Below are positions 19,053 through 29,600 of a stretch of DNA of 64,000 bases, piece by piece; position 1 is the stretch's first letter, and each line of letters opens with the position of its first letter. The stretch is from a virus (lineage: Duplodnaviria > Caudoviricetes): the IMG/VR virus record IMGVR_UViG_3300030095_005813, positions 1 through 64,000 of that record; one strand, written 5' to 3'. A program made the position numbers and the translations under genes. The notes under the pieces are model-generated. The model was not told the DNA's origin and searched no databases. It saw nothing but the letters and a program-made list of their open reading frames with translations.

Positions 19053-22000
19053 TGAGTTATTTCCCAGAAATAATAACAAATGGATTAAAATTTATAATTG
19101 CAAAAGTTTCTGATTCAAGAAAAGAAATAGAAATACGGTTAATTAATGATAGTATTACAAGTTCCGAGAATAGACAATTTGATATAGGTGTTGAGGGGCA
19201 AAATGCTGGTATAGTCTCTGCAAATGAACTTTTTCAAAGATTAAATTTAAGACTTACACAATTTATTGATTCTAATGAACTTGATGCAGTAATACCTATA
19301 GGTGATGGAACTTACATACCATTAGTAAATGTTAATTATTTTGTAGATACTTTTTTACCAATTGAAGATATAAATAAAGAATTATTTGTAATAAAATTAC
19401 ATAATCCATTACCACCTAGTTTTAAAAAACTTGATAGAATACAAATACTCATACAACAAACAGAAATAGTTAGTAATGATGTTGTATATGGTGGGAGAAT
19501 AGAAAAGAGATTACAAAAATTTGGATACCCATTAGAGACTGATTTATCTCAAAACCCTTTTAGTAAAGAAGTAAAAGAGACAGATACTTATCAAAATAAA
19601 GCTCAAATATCTTCATCTATACCATTATCGAGATTAGAAAGTGTTTTATCAGGTTCTTCATATAAAAATAGGTTAGTAGATTATTCCGAGTTTGAAAATT
19701 TTATATACTTCAGTTCAGCTGAAAAAAGATTACAAAATTTTAAGGGTAAATTAGAAAAAATACAAACTCATTTATCTGATATTTCATCATCATTGGCAGG
19801 GGCAGGGCAAGATTATTCAAATATAAACACTCCTGCAGGAGAACTACGAAAGAAAAAATTTAAAAATGTACACACTATTGTAAATAACTTTACAGATTAT
19901 GAAAATTGGTTATATTACGATAACCAAATAACTTCAGAAAAATCTGTTCCGGGAATCGGAAAAGAATATACAGACTCTACTGCAGCTATTTCTACGAGTG
20001 ATAATATAACTCAACAATTTAACAAAGAAGGTCTCGATATTATATATGTACTTTCAGGTTCAAGTACAGAAAATATACAAATTGTAGAAGATAAATATAA
20101 ATTACAAGATATTAAATTTAATAATATAACGAGTTCAGTTTATCTATCATTTTTAATGCGAGCATCCAGTTCTGTATCTGATAATTTATTACATAAAAAT
20201 ACACAAACTTCATCAGTACCATTTTATCCGATGGATACTCTGCACTTAGCATCTGTACTGAAACCAGATGCAACTGGTAGTAGTTACAGAAGATATGTTT
20301 ATAAAGCATCAGGTTCACATTGGGCACCTGCAGATAAAAATAAATTAGTTGGGATAAATGTTTTAAATTTTAATAAAAATTCTTCTGATATAGAAATATT
20401 ATCTGGTAGTGATAAACAGAAAAAAAGTATTATTGCAGCCGGAGAATATAGTAATTATCTTTCATACAATACTGGTAGTGGTAAACCAGTATCTGGAAGT
20501 TTTGTACCTCGCGGAGATTTATTTAATTTAAGTATAAATGCTACCGGTGATAAAAATTTAAATGGAATAATTACTGATGTAAAAATAACATCAACCGACC
20601 CTTCAACAATAACACCATTTCATCATTTATATGATACAACATCAGATGAATTTTTAAATTGGTATAATGGAATGATTTCTTCCGCATCTTTTTATGATAG
20701 TCAAAACATACAAAGACTTGTGAATAATATACCAAGTAGTTATTTAGATGATACAATAACAAATCAAGAATTAATAACCTATGTTAATACGATAGGAGAA
20801 TTTTATGATGAGTATAAAACTTTAATTGATGATTATTATAGATTATTTAATAAAGGATATTCTGATTATGAACAAGTACCTGCTAAGTTTAATAAAATAT
20901 TAGCTGAAAACTTAGGGTTTAATATTTTACCAATTTCAGATAATAATTTTTTAAAAATATTTGGTGTGGCAGAAAATTTAGATAATAGTGAAGAGTACTC
21001 AAACAAAGTTATAAATAATGTTTTAAATAATCTTAGTTATTTATATAAAACAAAAGGGACACAGAATAGTATTAAAGCATTATTGAATTGTTATGGTCTA
21101 CCATCGAATGTATTAAAAATACGAGAGGGTGCACAAAATTTTACATCCTATGACCAAACAATTTTGTCTAATGATGCATCTGTATCGCCTATAGATGTTT
21201 TTGACCTGACAGGAAGTATTTCATTTACACAAACAACTGATAATCTTCACTCGTTAGTAATTAATGATGTTATAGATGTAAATGATTTTTCATTTAGGTG
21301 GAATAGTGATAATACTATAACACAATCTGCTGTAGAGGCTGCTTTTAAAATACCACCAGCACCTATTAATACTATGAGTTTGATGTCGAGTAAAAATAAT
21401 AATGATACTAAAGAATTATGGCATTTACAATTATTTCCATCAGGTTCAACAGAACCTAACAAAGCAAAATTAAGATTTAGAGTCAGTCCAACAGCAGGTG
21501 GTTCTTTATCATCAGGTATAGAATCCAGTTCTTTATTTGTTGATAGTGATTTTTTAGATATAACTGATAATTCTTTTTTCAATGTTGCAGTTCAAAAAAG
21601 TAGTTCTGGGCATGACACTTCTGCAGAACACACATATAATTTATTTGTAGGTAAATCATCAAGGGGTAGGATAAGTCTTTTAAATACAAAAACACTTACA
21701 ATTGATGGAGATTCAAATAGTGGTGGGAACAAAAATTTTATTACTGGTAGTAAAGACAAACATTTATTCTTCTGTAACGATTTTACAGGTTCTGTAGCAC
21801 AGATTAAAACATGGTCTACACCTTTATCATTTAAAGCTTTTAAACAACATATTTTTAATAAAAAAAGTATTGTTGGGAATAATTTTACAAGTTCAATTGA
21901 AGAATTACAATATTATTACCCACTTCAAGAAAATTATAATTCAGATTCACCTGAGTTTACACTTCTTGATGCATCAACAAAACAACAAGGTGGTAATTTT

Positions 22001-23383
22001 AATTTAAATGCAGGAGCATTTACTTCTATGTCTACTGCTATTTATGACACGACTCTTATTGAAACTATTAAATTTCCAAAATACGGAACAGGTGGTGGTA
22101 CAATAGCTTCATCAGATAATTTAATTACTATACCAACTAATCAAAAATTAATTGATAATTTATCATATGAAAAAAGTGTAACAAGGTTTAACAATTTTGA
22201 TGAAAAAGATGATATACATAATAGAGAATTATTTTTAGTAAGGTCTCCTCAAGAAATAATAAATGACTTCTTAGTAGACAATTTAGGTAATTTAGATTTT
22301 AATGATTTGTTTGCTGACCCTCGTGATGAATTTAAAACAACATATCCTGATTTAGATGCATTTAATGAAAAATTAAAACAATATAAAATATCAGTAGATA
22401 TGACAAGATTTATTGATGCAACAAAAAAAATATTTAATAGTAGTTTTGTAGAAAGTCTAAAAAAATTATTACCTGCTAAAGCAAAAGTAACAATAGGTAA
22501 TGTTATAAAACCAACTTTGACTGATAGAGTTAAAATACCACCTTTGAGGGAACGACCTGGAGTTGAACTTTTAACCCAACCATTTGCAGAAAAACCAGAT
22601 TTTGAAGCACCATCTACATTTAATGGAGAGCTACTTAGTCCTCCAGAACATTCGTTTATTGGATTTCAAACTCCAACATCTTCATTAGGTGTTATAACTC
22701 ATACAACATTTGATTATGAATTTGGTAAAGCATCAGAACTTGATGTTAGAACTAAACATATACGAGATTCATTATTATATAAAAACCCACAAAAGTTATG
22801 GGGACCAAGTTCAAATGACTTACATTTTAAAGGAGCGTCACCTGGTAAGACTGGTGATTATAATACATATCATTATGAAGAAGATGTTGTATTCACAAGC
22901 ATTTCAGACCCTGAGTTAGTTATAAATACAACTAGCAGTTATAGTGGAGTAGAAAATACAAATTATACAGCAAGTAAAACTTTTGCAAACAAATTATTAA
23001 TACAAACGAGTAAAACATTACCTAAAAGACATATGGGTATAACTCAACAATTATATTCAACTTCTTCAAATGATTCACCATATGGTGTAATATTAGATTC
23101 AGATACGAGAATACCAACAAATCATCCTGCTTATGCTCAGTATTTAAAATACTATGATAATTTTTATGAGGGCACAAAATTAGGAAACTATCAAAATAAT
23201 CAGTTTCCTATAGGAAATAGTTTATGGAATACAGGTCAATGGTGGACTCCATTCTCTGATATTCAAGAATGGGAAGATGTTGCAACAGCTTCATTTTATA
23301 GAGTTGAGTATGAAGGAACAAATAATAATACTTTAAGAATTGTAAGACCTGAAGATACGAATCAAGGTAATCAAAGTAATTAA
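19052..23383 (+). CDS. baseplate wedge protein, gp7/tail protein I-like, with LamG-like region
   Basis: YLYKTKGTQNSIKALLNCYG motif; FTGSVAQIKTW...YYPLQE LamG-like end. Confidence 0.65.
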   Translation: MSYFPEIITNGLKFIIAKVSDSRKEIEIRLINDSITSSENRQFDIGVEGQNAGIVSANELFQRLNLRLTQFIDSNELDAVIPIGDGTYIPLVNVNYFVDTFLPIEDINKELFVIKLHNPLPPSFKKLDRIQILIQQTEIVSNDVVYGGRIEKRLQKFGYPLETDLSQNPFSKEVKETDTYQNKAQISSSIPLSRLESVLSGSSYKNRLVDYSEFENFIYFSSAEKRLQNFKGKLEKIQTHLSDISSSLAGAGQDYSNINTPAGELRKKKFKNVHTIVNNFTDYENWLYYDNQITSEKSVPGIGKEYTDSTAAISTSDNITQQFNKEGLDIIYVLSGSSTENIQIVEDKYKLQDIKFNNITSSVYLSFLMRASSSVSDNLLHKNTQTSSVPFYPMDTLHLASVLKPDATGSSYRRYVYKASGSHWAPADKNKLVGINVLNFNKNSSDIEILSGSDKQKKSIIAAGEYSNYLSYNTGSGKPVSGSFVPRGDLFNLSINATGDKNLNGIITDVKITSTDPSTITPFHHLYDTTSDEFLNWYNGMISSASFYDSQNIQRLVNNIPSSYLDDTITNQELITYVNTIGEFYDEYKTLIDDYYRLFNKGYSDYEQVPAKFNKILAENLGFNILPISDNNFLKIFGVAENLDNSEEYSNKVINNVLNNLSYLYKTKGTQNSIKALLNCYGLPSNVLKIREGAQNFTSYDQTILSNDASVSPIDVFDLTGSISFTQTTDNLHSLVINDVIDVNDFSFRWNSDNTITQSAVEAAFKIPPAPINTMSLMSSKNNNDTKELWHLQLFPSGSTEPNKAKLRFRVSPTAGGSLSSGIESSSLFVDSDFLDITDNSFFNVAVQKSSSGHDTSAEHTYNLFVGKSSRGRISLLNTKTLTIDGDSNSGGNKNFITGSKDKHLFFCNDFTGSVAQIKTWSTPLSFKAFKQHIFNKKSIVGNNFTSSIEELQYYYPLQENYNSDSPEFTLLDASTKQQGGNFNLNAGAFTSMSTAIYDTTLIETIKFPKYGTGGGTIASSDNLITIPTNQKLIDNLSYEKSVTRFNNFDEKDDIHNRELFLVRSPQEIINDFLVDNLGNLDFNDLFADPRDEFKTTYPDLDAFNEKLKQYKISVDMTRFIDATKKIFNSSFVESLKKLLPAKAKVTIGNVIKPTLTDRVKIPPLRERPGVELLTQPFAEKPDFEAPSTFNGELLSPPEHSFIGFQTPTSSLGVITHTTFDYEFGKASELDVRTKHIRDSLLYKNPQKLWGPSSNDLHFKGASPGKTGDYNTYHYEEDVVFTSISDPELVINTTSSYSGVENTNYTASKTFANKLLIQTSKTLPKRHMGITQQLYSTSSNDSPYGVILDSDTRIPTNHPAYAQYLKYYDNFYEGTKLGNYQNNQFPIGNSLWNTGQWWTPFSDIQEWEDVATASFYRVEYEGTNNNTLRIVRPEDTNQGNQSN

Positions 23384-23410
23384 AAAAAATGGTTAAAAAC
23401 ACAATAATGA

Positions 23411-23430
23411 CATATTTATATATGAATAGG
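23411..23430 (+). promoter_or_regulatory. putative late promoter CATATTTATATATGAATAGG
   Basis: Exact copy of the 11021 20-mer. Confidence 0.75.
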
Positions 23431-23474
23431 AATATAAATAAAGTTATGTACATTTCAGTATAGGAGAAAATCAA

Positions 23475-24191
23475 ATGGGATATTTGGATAATTCAACAAT
23501 TGTAGTTGACGCAGTTTTAACAAAAGAGGGAAGAAAAAGACTGGCTGACGGAAACGGATTAGGAATAGAATTTTTTACACTTTCTGATTCTGGTATAGAT
23601 TACAGGCTTTGGAATCCAGACCACCCGAGTGGTTCGGCTTTTTATGGAGAAGCAATTGAAAATTTACCTTCTTTAGAAGCAATACCAAGGGCAGAATTTT
23701 ATATGAGAAATAAATTAATTACATTGGATAAAGATGTGACAGGATTGCCTTATTGGTCTACAGACAAAACTATCACTCCACTACTGATTAATAATGCTAC
23801 TGATACACAGACACCAGGAACTAATGGAAATCAAATTTCAGACTATGAAGGTATAGATGTAGAGTTTACATTTAATCAACAATCACCGGGTGAAGTATTG
23901 ATAATAATAGAAGATGGTACAGCTCTAAATACTATACTTGGAAAATCAAATTGTACCGTTACAGACTTAGGTGGGTTTAGTGATTCTGGAGAATTACAAT
24001 CTTATCAGTCACTAATAAATCTTGGAGCAGGGTCTTCATATTATAAATTATCAGATATTGTAAATCCACCAAGAGTTACATTTAAACGGGCAGATGTGAA
24101 CAAAACTACAGATGCAACAATTATTGATTTAACATCTGGAATTTACAAGTCTTTTCAAATTCAAACAAATACGGTTGCTCAAGGCGCATAA
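23475..24191 (+). CDS. virion structural protein (baseplate/fibre attachment)
   Basis: N-terminal DAVLTKEGRKRLA...FTLSDSGIDY motif. Confidence 0.6.
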   Translation: MGYLDNSTIVVDAVLTKEGRKRLADGNGLGIEFFTLSDSGIDYRLWNPDHPSGSAFYGEAIENLPSLEAIPRAEFYMRNKLITLDKDVTGLPYWSTDKTITPLLINNATDTQTPGTNGNQISDYEGIDVEFTFNQQSPGEVLIIIEDGTALNTILGKSNCTVTDLGGFSDSGELQSYQSLINLGAGSSYYKLSDIVNPPRVTFKRADVNKTTDATIIDLTSGIYKSFQIQTNTVAQGA

Positions 24192-24205
24192 TAAGGAGAT
24201 AATTA

Positions 24206-25513
24206 ATGGCTAACACTAATTACGGCAATACAGGAAACACAACTCCAGGGGGGTCAGCGAGAGGTACCGGAGGTGGATTAGGTGGCAGTAGTAATCAAAA
24301 TCCACTCACACAAAATACAGAGGCTAATAATATTGGGGCTGCAATTACAAGTGTTGGTACCGTAATTCCAATACCTGCAGGTGAAACAGGTGAAATAGGT
24401 ACTCGAACTAATATAACCGTAACACAAGGATATTTTACAAATGGTGCAGGTCTATTACAAGGAAGTAATATTCATACTGGTACATTAGCAGATAGTAACG
24501 AAAAATATTATTACAATGTTGTTAACACCCATCCTGCGTCAAGTAGTGCTGAAGTTCAATTTTCTGTTGCTTTTGCACATAGAGGTGGTTCTGGTTCAAA
24601 TGTTTTGGCTGGTAATGAGACAAAAACCGTTAAAGGTGAATCTGAAGCAGTTTACAAACAATTTAGTTCATTATTACTTACTGAAAATGAAATAACTGGT
24701 GGATTCAAAATTTCTCAACAAGGTAACGGTGGAGCAATAGCAAAACATGGTACAGATGAATATGTGTACCTATTAATTGCAAATAGAGAAAGATTTAAAG
24801 ACAAATTAGATAAACATGCTTGGACAATAAAATTAAGTGGAGCTAGCACTACTGGAAGTGCTAATGCTGCATTACTATCCTTGACTGATGATAGTGATAG
24901 TCCAACACAAACAGGTTCATTTACTTCAATTGCAGGTCCAAGGTATAATATCGTAAGTGGTGCAAATGGAACCGTCCATACTGCATCTGTTCATAGAACA
25001 TTTGGCCATTTTTATCCTAATATGGGTGTGATGGTATTTAGTGGTGCTGAATTATCTTCATCAATACCAGGAAGAAAAGGAACTGACCACATTACAGCAA
25101 GTTTTTCTGCAAATACTTCTGATACTGCATTTATAACTGCAAGTGGATTTACTCCAAATTTAAATAATAATGCTGATTGTAAAAATGGTATAAGATTTGT
25201 TAATTGTTTAAGACAAATAGGAACGCAGGACATTAGATTAAGAGGTGCATTGGAACAAGATAAGAGAAGTTATTTTTGTACCGTAACACCTAGTCAATGT
25301 AACTTTACTAATAATCCAACTTTTATATCAGCATCTGCAGACGGAAGCAATGTATTAAGACATACATCGATGTTTGGAAACACTACCGTTTACATAACAG
25401 GATTGGGTTTACACGATGCGAATGGAACTCTTTTGGCAGTAGCTAAATTATCTACTCCAATACAAAAAAATCGTGGAACACAACAGACTATAAAAGTTAA
25501 TTTAACATATTAA
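24206..25513 (+). CDS. virion structural protein
   Basis: C-terminal YITGLGLHDANGTLLAVAKLSTPIQK motif shared with the next two genes. Confidence 0.65.
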   Translation: MANTNYGNTGNTTPGGSARGTGGGLGGSSNQNPLTQNTEANNIGAAITSVGTVIPIPAGETGEIGTRTNITVTQGYFTNGAGLLQGSNIHTGTLADSNEKYYYNVVNTHPASSSAEVQFSVAFAHRGGSGSNVLAGNETKTVKGESEAVYKQFSSLLLTENEITGGFKISQQGNGGAIAKHGTDEYVYLLIANRERFKDKLDKHAWTIKLSGASTTGSANAALLSLTDDSDSPTQTGSFTSIAGPRYNIVSGANGTVHTASVHRTFGHFYPNMGVMVFSGAELSSSIPGRKGTDHITASFSANTSDTAFITASGFTPNLNNNADCKNGIRFVNCLRQIGTQDIRLRGALEQDKRSYFCTVTPSQCNFTNNPTFISASADGSNVLRHTSMFGNTTVYITGLGLHDANGTLLAVAKLSTPIQKNRGTQQTIKVNLTY

Positions 25514-25522
25514 GACAATGGC

Positions 25523-26638
25523 ATGGCAAAAAATTATAAACCAGTTGAGTATGCTTCGTCCACATTTGAAAGTAGAATATATCATAAGAAACAAAAATTT
25601 TCAAAATCAACTGAAGGCGTAAGTTCAATACATTTTAGGTCTGAATCATTAAATCAATATGATTCACCCGGAAAATTATCATATTCAATATCAGGTAGTC
25701 ATTACAATTTTTTAAAGAATATGTTATTTGATTCTGCTTCATTTTATGGTTATAATTACATTTATAAAAATAAATTTCCAGATTCAGGTTCAGTAATTTA
25801 TATACCTCAACAATATTATGGTGAACAAATAAAACCAAATTCTTTTACTTTAACTGAGGGAAATATAAACATAAAAGATGATGGCCACGGTAATTTATAT
25901 CCGACAAATGCAGTAAATTCGAGAAGTAACGCATCTGCAATTTCTTCATCAGAAAATTATGTAGGTAATATTCAGTATCAAATGGGTGTAGTTACAATAA
26001 CTGAAACAGGTTCTTGGTCAGGTTCTGGTCTATCCTCGACTGATGTAATGTATACTGATATTGGTACTACAGACTTTAAAATAAAATTTGATGCATCACA
26101 GACTATTCATCAAAATGAAATTGTATGTAAAATAAATAAAAATGAATTTACAGCAACTGCGAACAGAAGTTTATGGTCTGGTTCACATTATTTAATATCA
26201 AATGTTTCAAGTAGTTTATCTAAGTGGACACCATACGCAACAGGTATAGCATTTTATGACAAGACTCCTGATATTTATAGTAGGTTAGAAAATAAAAATT
26301 TTATATTTGAAATTAAACCTGGATTGAATACAATTTTATGGCCAGAAAATCCAGTACTGGTAGACGAATTGATTCCAAATCAAATATACACAATTGAGGA
26401 TGACAATCAAAGGGAAGCATATAGAAATGATTTAGGTGTATGGGAAGGAACGATTACTCGACTTGACCCAGGAGTTCAATATTATATTAGTAGTAATGGT
26501 AGTTCAACATTTAATTGGGAATTGAGAAGTGGGCAAATTAAACAACGAGGTGTTCCTTTATTAGTTGGGACATTTCCGAGACCAATTAAAATAGATAAAG
26601 AATCAGATTTAACAATAATTATAAGATATGATGTATAG
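25523..26638 (+). CDS. virion structural protein, paralog of neighbours
   Basis: PYATGIAFYD...[insert]...LLVGTFPRPIKIDK...IIIRYD. Confidence 0.65.
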   Translation: MAKNYKPVEYASSTFESRIYHKKQKFSKSTEGVSSIHFRSESLNQYDSPGKLSYSISGSHYNFLKNMLFDSASFYGYNYIYKNKFPDSGSVIYIPQQYYGEQIKPNSFTLTEGNINIKDDGHGNLYPTNAVNSRSNASAISSSENYVGNIQYQMGVVTITETGSWSGSGLSSTDVMYTDIGTTDFKIKFDASQTIHQNEIVCKINKNEFTATANRSLWSGSHYLISNVSSSLSKWTPYATGIAFYDKTPDIYSRLENKNFIFEIKPGLNTILWPENPVLVDELIPNQIYTIEDDNQREAYRNDLGVWEGTITRLDPGVQYYISSNGSSTFNWELRSGQIKQRGVPLLVGTFPRPIKIDKESDLTIIIRYDV

Positions 26639-26647
26639 GATTAAAAT

Positions 26648-29600
26648 ATGAAAATAGGATTATATGATTTAGGTACACCAATTGAGTATGGATTCACACA
26701 AGAGAATCAACTTTATTATTGTAATTTGCACGGTTCACCTTCATCTAATAATTATGATGTAGATTATGGTAATTTATTTGATAGATACTATACTATTACT
26801 CCATACAGCGGTACAGAAGTGTTTTCAAACCCAGTAATAAGGCGTAGAGATTATGAACAATATTTTGATACAAACCAACAATATACTTCACCAGGTAGTG
26901 CATTAGGTGCAGGCCCAAGACAGGATGCTATAAGTAAACCATATAGTACAGAAGGAGTATTAGATTGTATTAATACGGTAAATTTCCCATTCGGGGGAGG
27001 TGATAATACATATTTACAAAGTTTTCCAGCTAATCATACAAGATTCAATTCCAGACTACACTCATCTATTTTTACAGAATTATTATTACACAATGTACAT
27101 ACTAACTATGAAGAATTTCTTGCTTCATCAACACCTATTTTGTATTCAAGTGCACTTGACAGAATTACAAAAACTTTGTTTGCTGGAGATTCTTTACAGC
27201 CAATAATTGAAACTGATATAGATAGCCAATTTAATGCACCAAGACACGAATTTGTCCCTGCAGGAAAACCATATGTTAAATTTAGATTTGAAAGTCATTT
27301 TGTAGATGACACAGGTATCACTACAAGTGGAGAAGAAAAAGGAGTTGTAGAATATTTTGTTTTAATGAATACTTTTGCACATTTCGGAATAACACAGGAT
27401 GCAGATGTACCAGCTGAATATCGACAAAGTAATGGTGGTGATGGTATTTATACTATGGTGACAAACGATGGTGGGTTACCAGTTGATTCATTAATATCAT
27501 TTTTAAATTCATCCGTTACTAATACTTTTTCCAGAACGGATGTTAATGAAATGAAAATGTTATTTGACGCTGTAGGTGTTTCAATACCTACTATTGTTGC
27601 TGATTTTCAAGATACAATATTTTCTGTTGATTGGGAAGATTGTTTATTTAATCAACCAATAAGTGACATAAAACCTTTTGAAGCATTCCCTTTCCCTGGT
27701 AGATACAATCCGACCAATGAAACAAATAAAGCTCCAAATTATGGATGGCATCCTAAGTCAAACGAAAATTTAACAAATAAATCATCGGAAGAATTAATCA
27801 CAGACTATCAAGAATATTTATCTTATTTCGCATACACAGGTAATCACCCATATTTTTTTACTATTGATAATTTTTATTTACAAGATTATGATATTTTAGG
27901 TTTATTACCAACAAATGTTTCAGAATTTACACGATACAACAATTATTGGTCAGGAAATATTGGGTTTTATCAATGGCTCGCAGATACTACAATAGCATTT
28001 GAAAATTTATTACTTCAATTGGAGTCTGAAGAAAACAATTCGTCTACATTATTAGAACGAAAAAAAATACAAATAATATTAGAAAGACTGAATACATATT
28101 CTTCAACAGATGTAGATGATGATGATTTGATAACTTGGATAACGCCTTATTTAGAATCAAGTGCACCTTTTTCATTTGAAGATGAGTTTAGCGATATTGC
28201 TTGGTATTTGTTACACGATGAGGAAGGTGGACAATATGAAGTTGAATTTTTCTTAAGGATGTTTGGCCCTATAGCACCTCGAGGTTATCAACCCAAATGT
28301 GGTGTGAACTATAAACAATATTTTAATTTACCAGATTCTATTGATATAGGACCAGACGGACATGCAGAAAATTATACAGGTGGAGAAGGTGTAGTACCTT
28401 TTATATTTAATGGTGGTTTAAATGTAGGTTCAACTGAGACCGTTGATACATATTTAGGATATGATGCATCCCAATTACTTACAAACTATGATGTTGCTCA
28501 AAATATTAGTCCATACGCTGCAATAAATTTATTTGATTTAGAATTATGGAAATTATTTTATGATGCTCAAAATTATAATGTTAGAATAGAAAGTTTTATA
28601 CATAATGAGTATACAAGTGGTGGTCAACTTGAACCGTTCCAAACGATAGATATACCATCACCACCCTTGAATCCAATAATTAATGGTGATGGATATCAAA
28701 CATATAGAACTGATGAAACAAGATTTGCTACTCTTGAAGGTAGTGGGGATTATACACCAATTCAATGGCCATTCGAAGATTTACCAGTAAATGGATTGAA
28801 TCCTAATGGTCCTTCATTTAGTGGATTGTCGCCATTCAATGAAACCGTACATCCATCATTAGCAGTTTTATATGGGGGACTTTTTCCAAATAGTAGCCAC
28901 GCTTATAGTTGGTCTAATAATTCAATACAAAATGCAGGTGGAACTATAAATACACCAGACCTTACAGAATGGACTGCTGCTGCATTAGGAAATCCGGATT
29001 GGAGAATTTACAGAGTTAGAAAAATTACAATGTATGATGATGATTGGATTAATAGATTTGAAAATTGTAATCCTTTCGGACAATATCAAATAAATACAGA
29101 AACAATAATTAATCAAGATGGTACAACACAAGATGTACAATATTTTTGGTATGTTGAAGGTTATGTAACAGCTCAAGGAGTTTATCCTTCAAATTCACCT
29201 GAAGAAGCATTTTACACATACCCATCTATAAATTATTTTAGAGACCAATTTCCTGGGTATGGTAACAATCAAAACAATAATAATTTTAATCCAGGTGAAT
29301 CAAATCAAAATGCACCAACTTTACAACAAGGTGAGTTTTATGTGTTTACACATGCAAATGTGCCTGGTATTACAAATACAACAAATAGTGAACCTAATTA
29401 TGTTGCGTTAGAACCTACAACTTTTTCTTCTGATGTTATAATGAATACAGCAGTAGTGAATGAAGCATATAATGTAGGGTATTATTATAATACATATACT
29501 CCACGACCAGATAGTAGTTTTGCACTTTATGGTAGACACCCAGTAGAATATAATTTAGATTTTGTACGAGATAATTCTATACTGAGTCCAATTGAATATG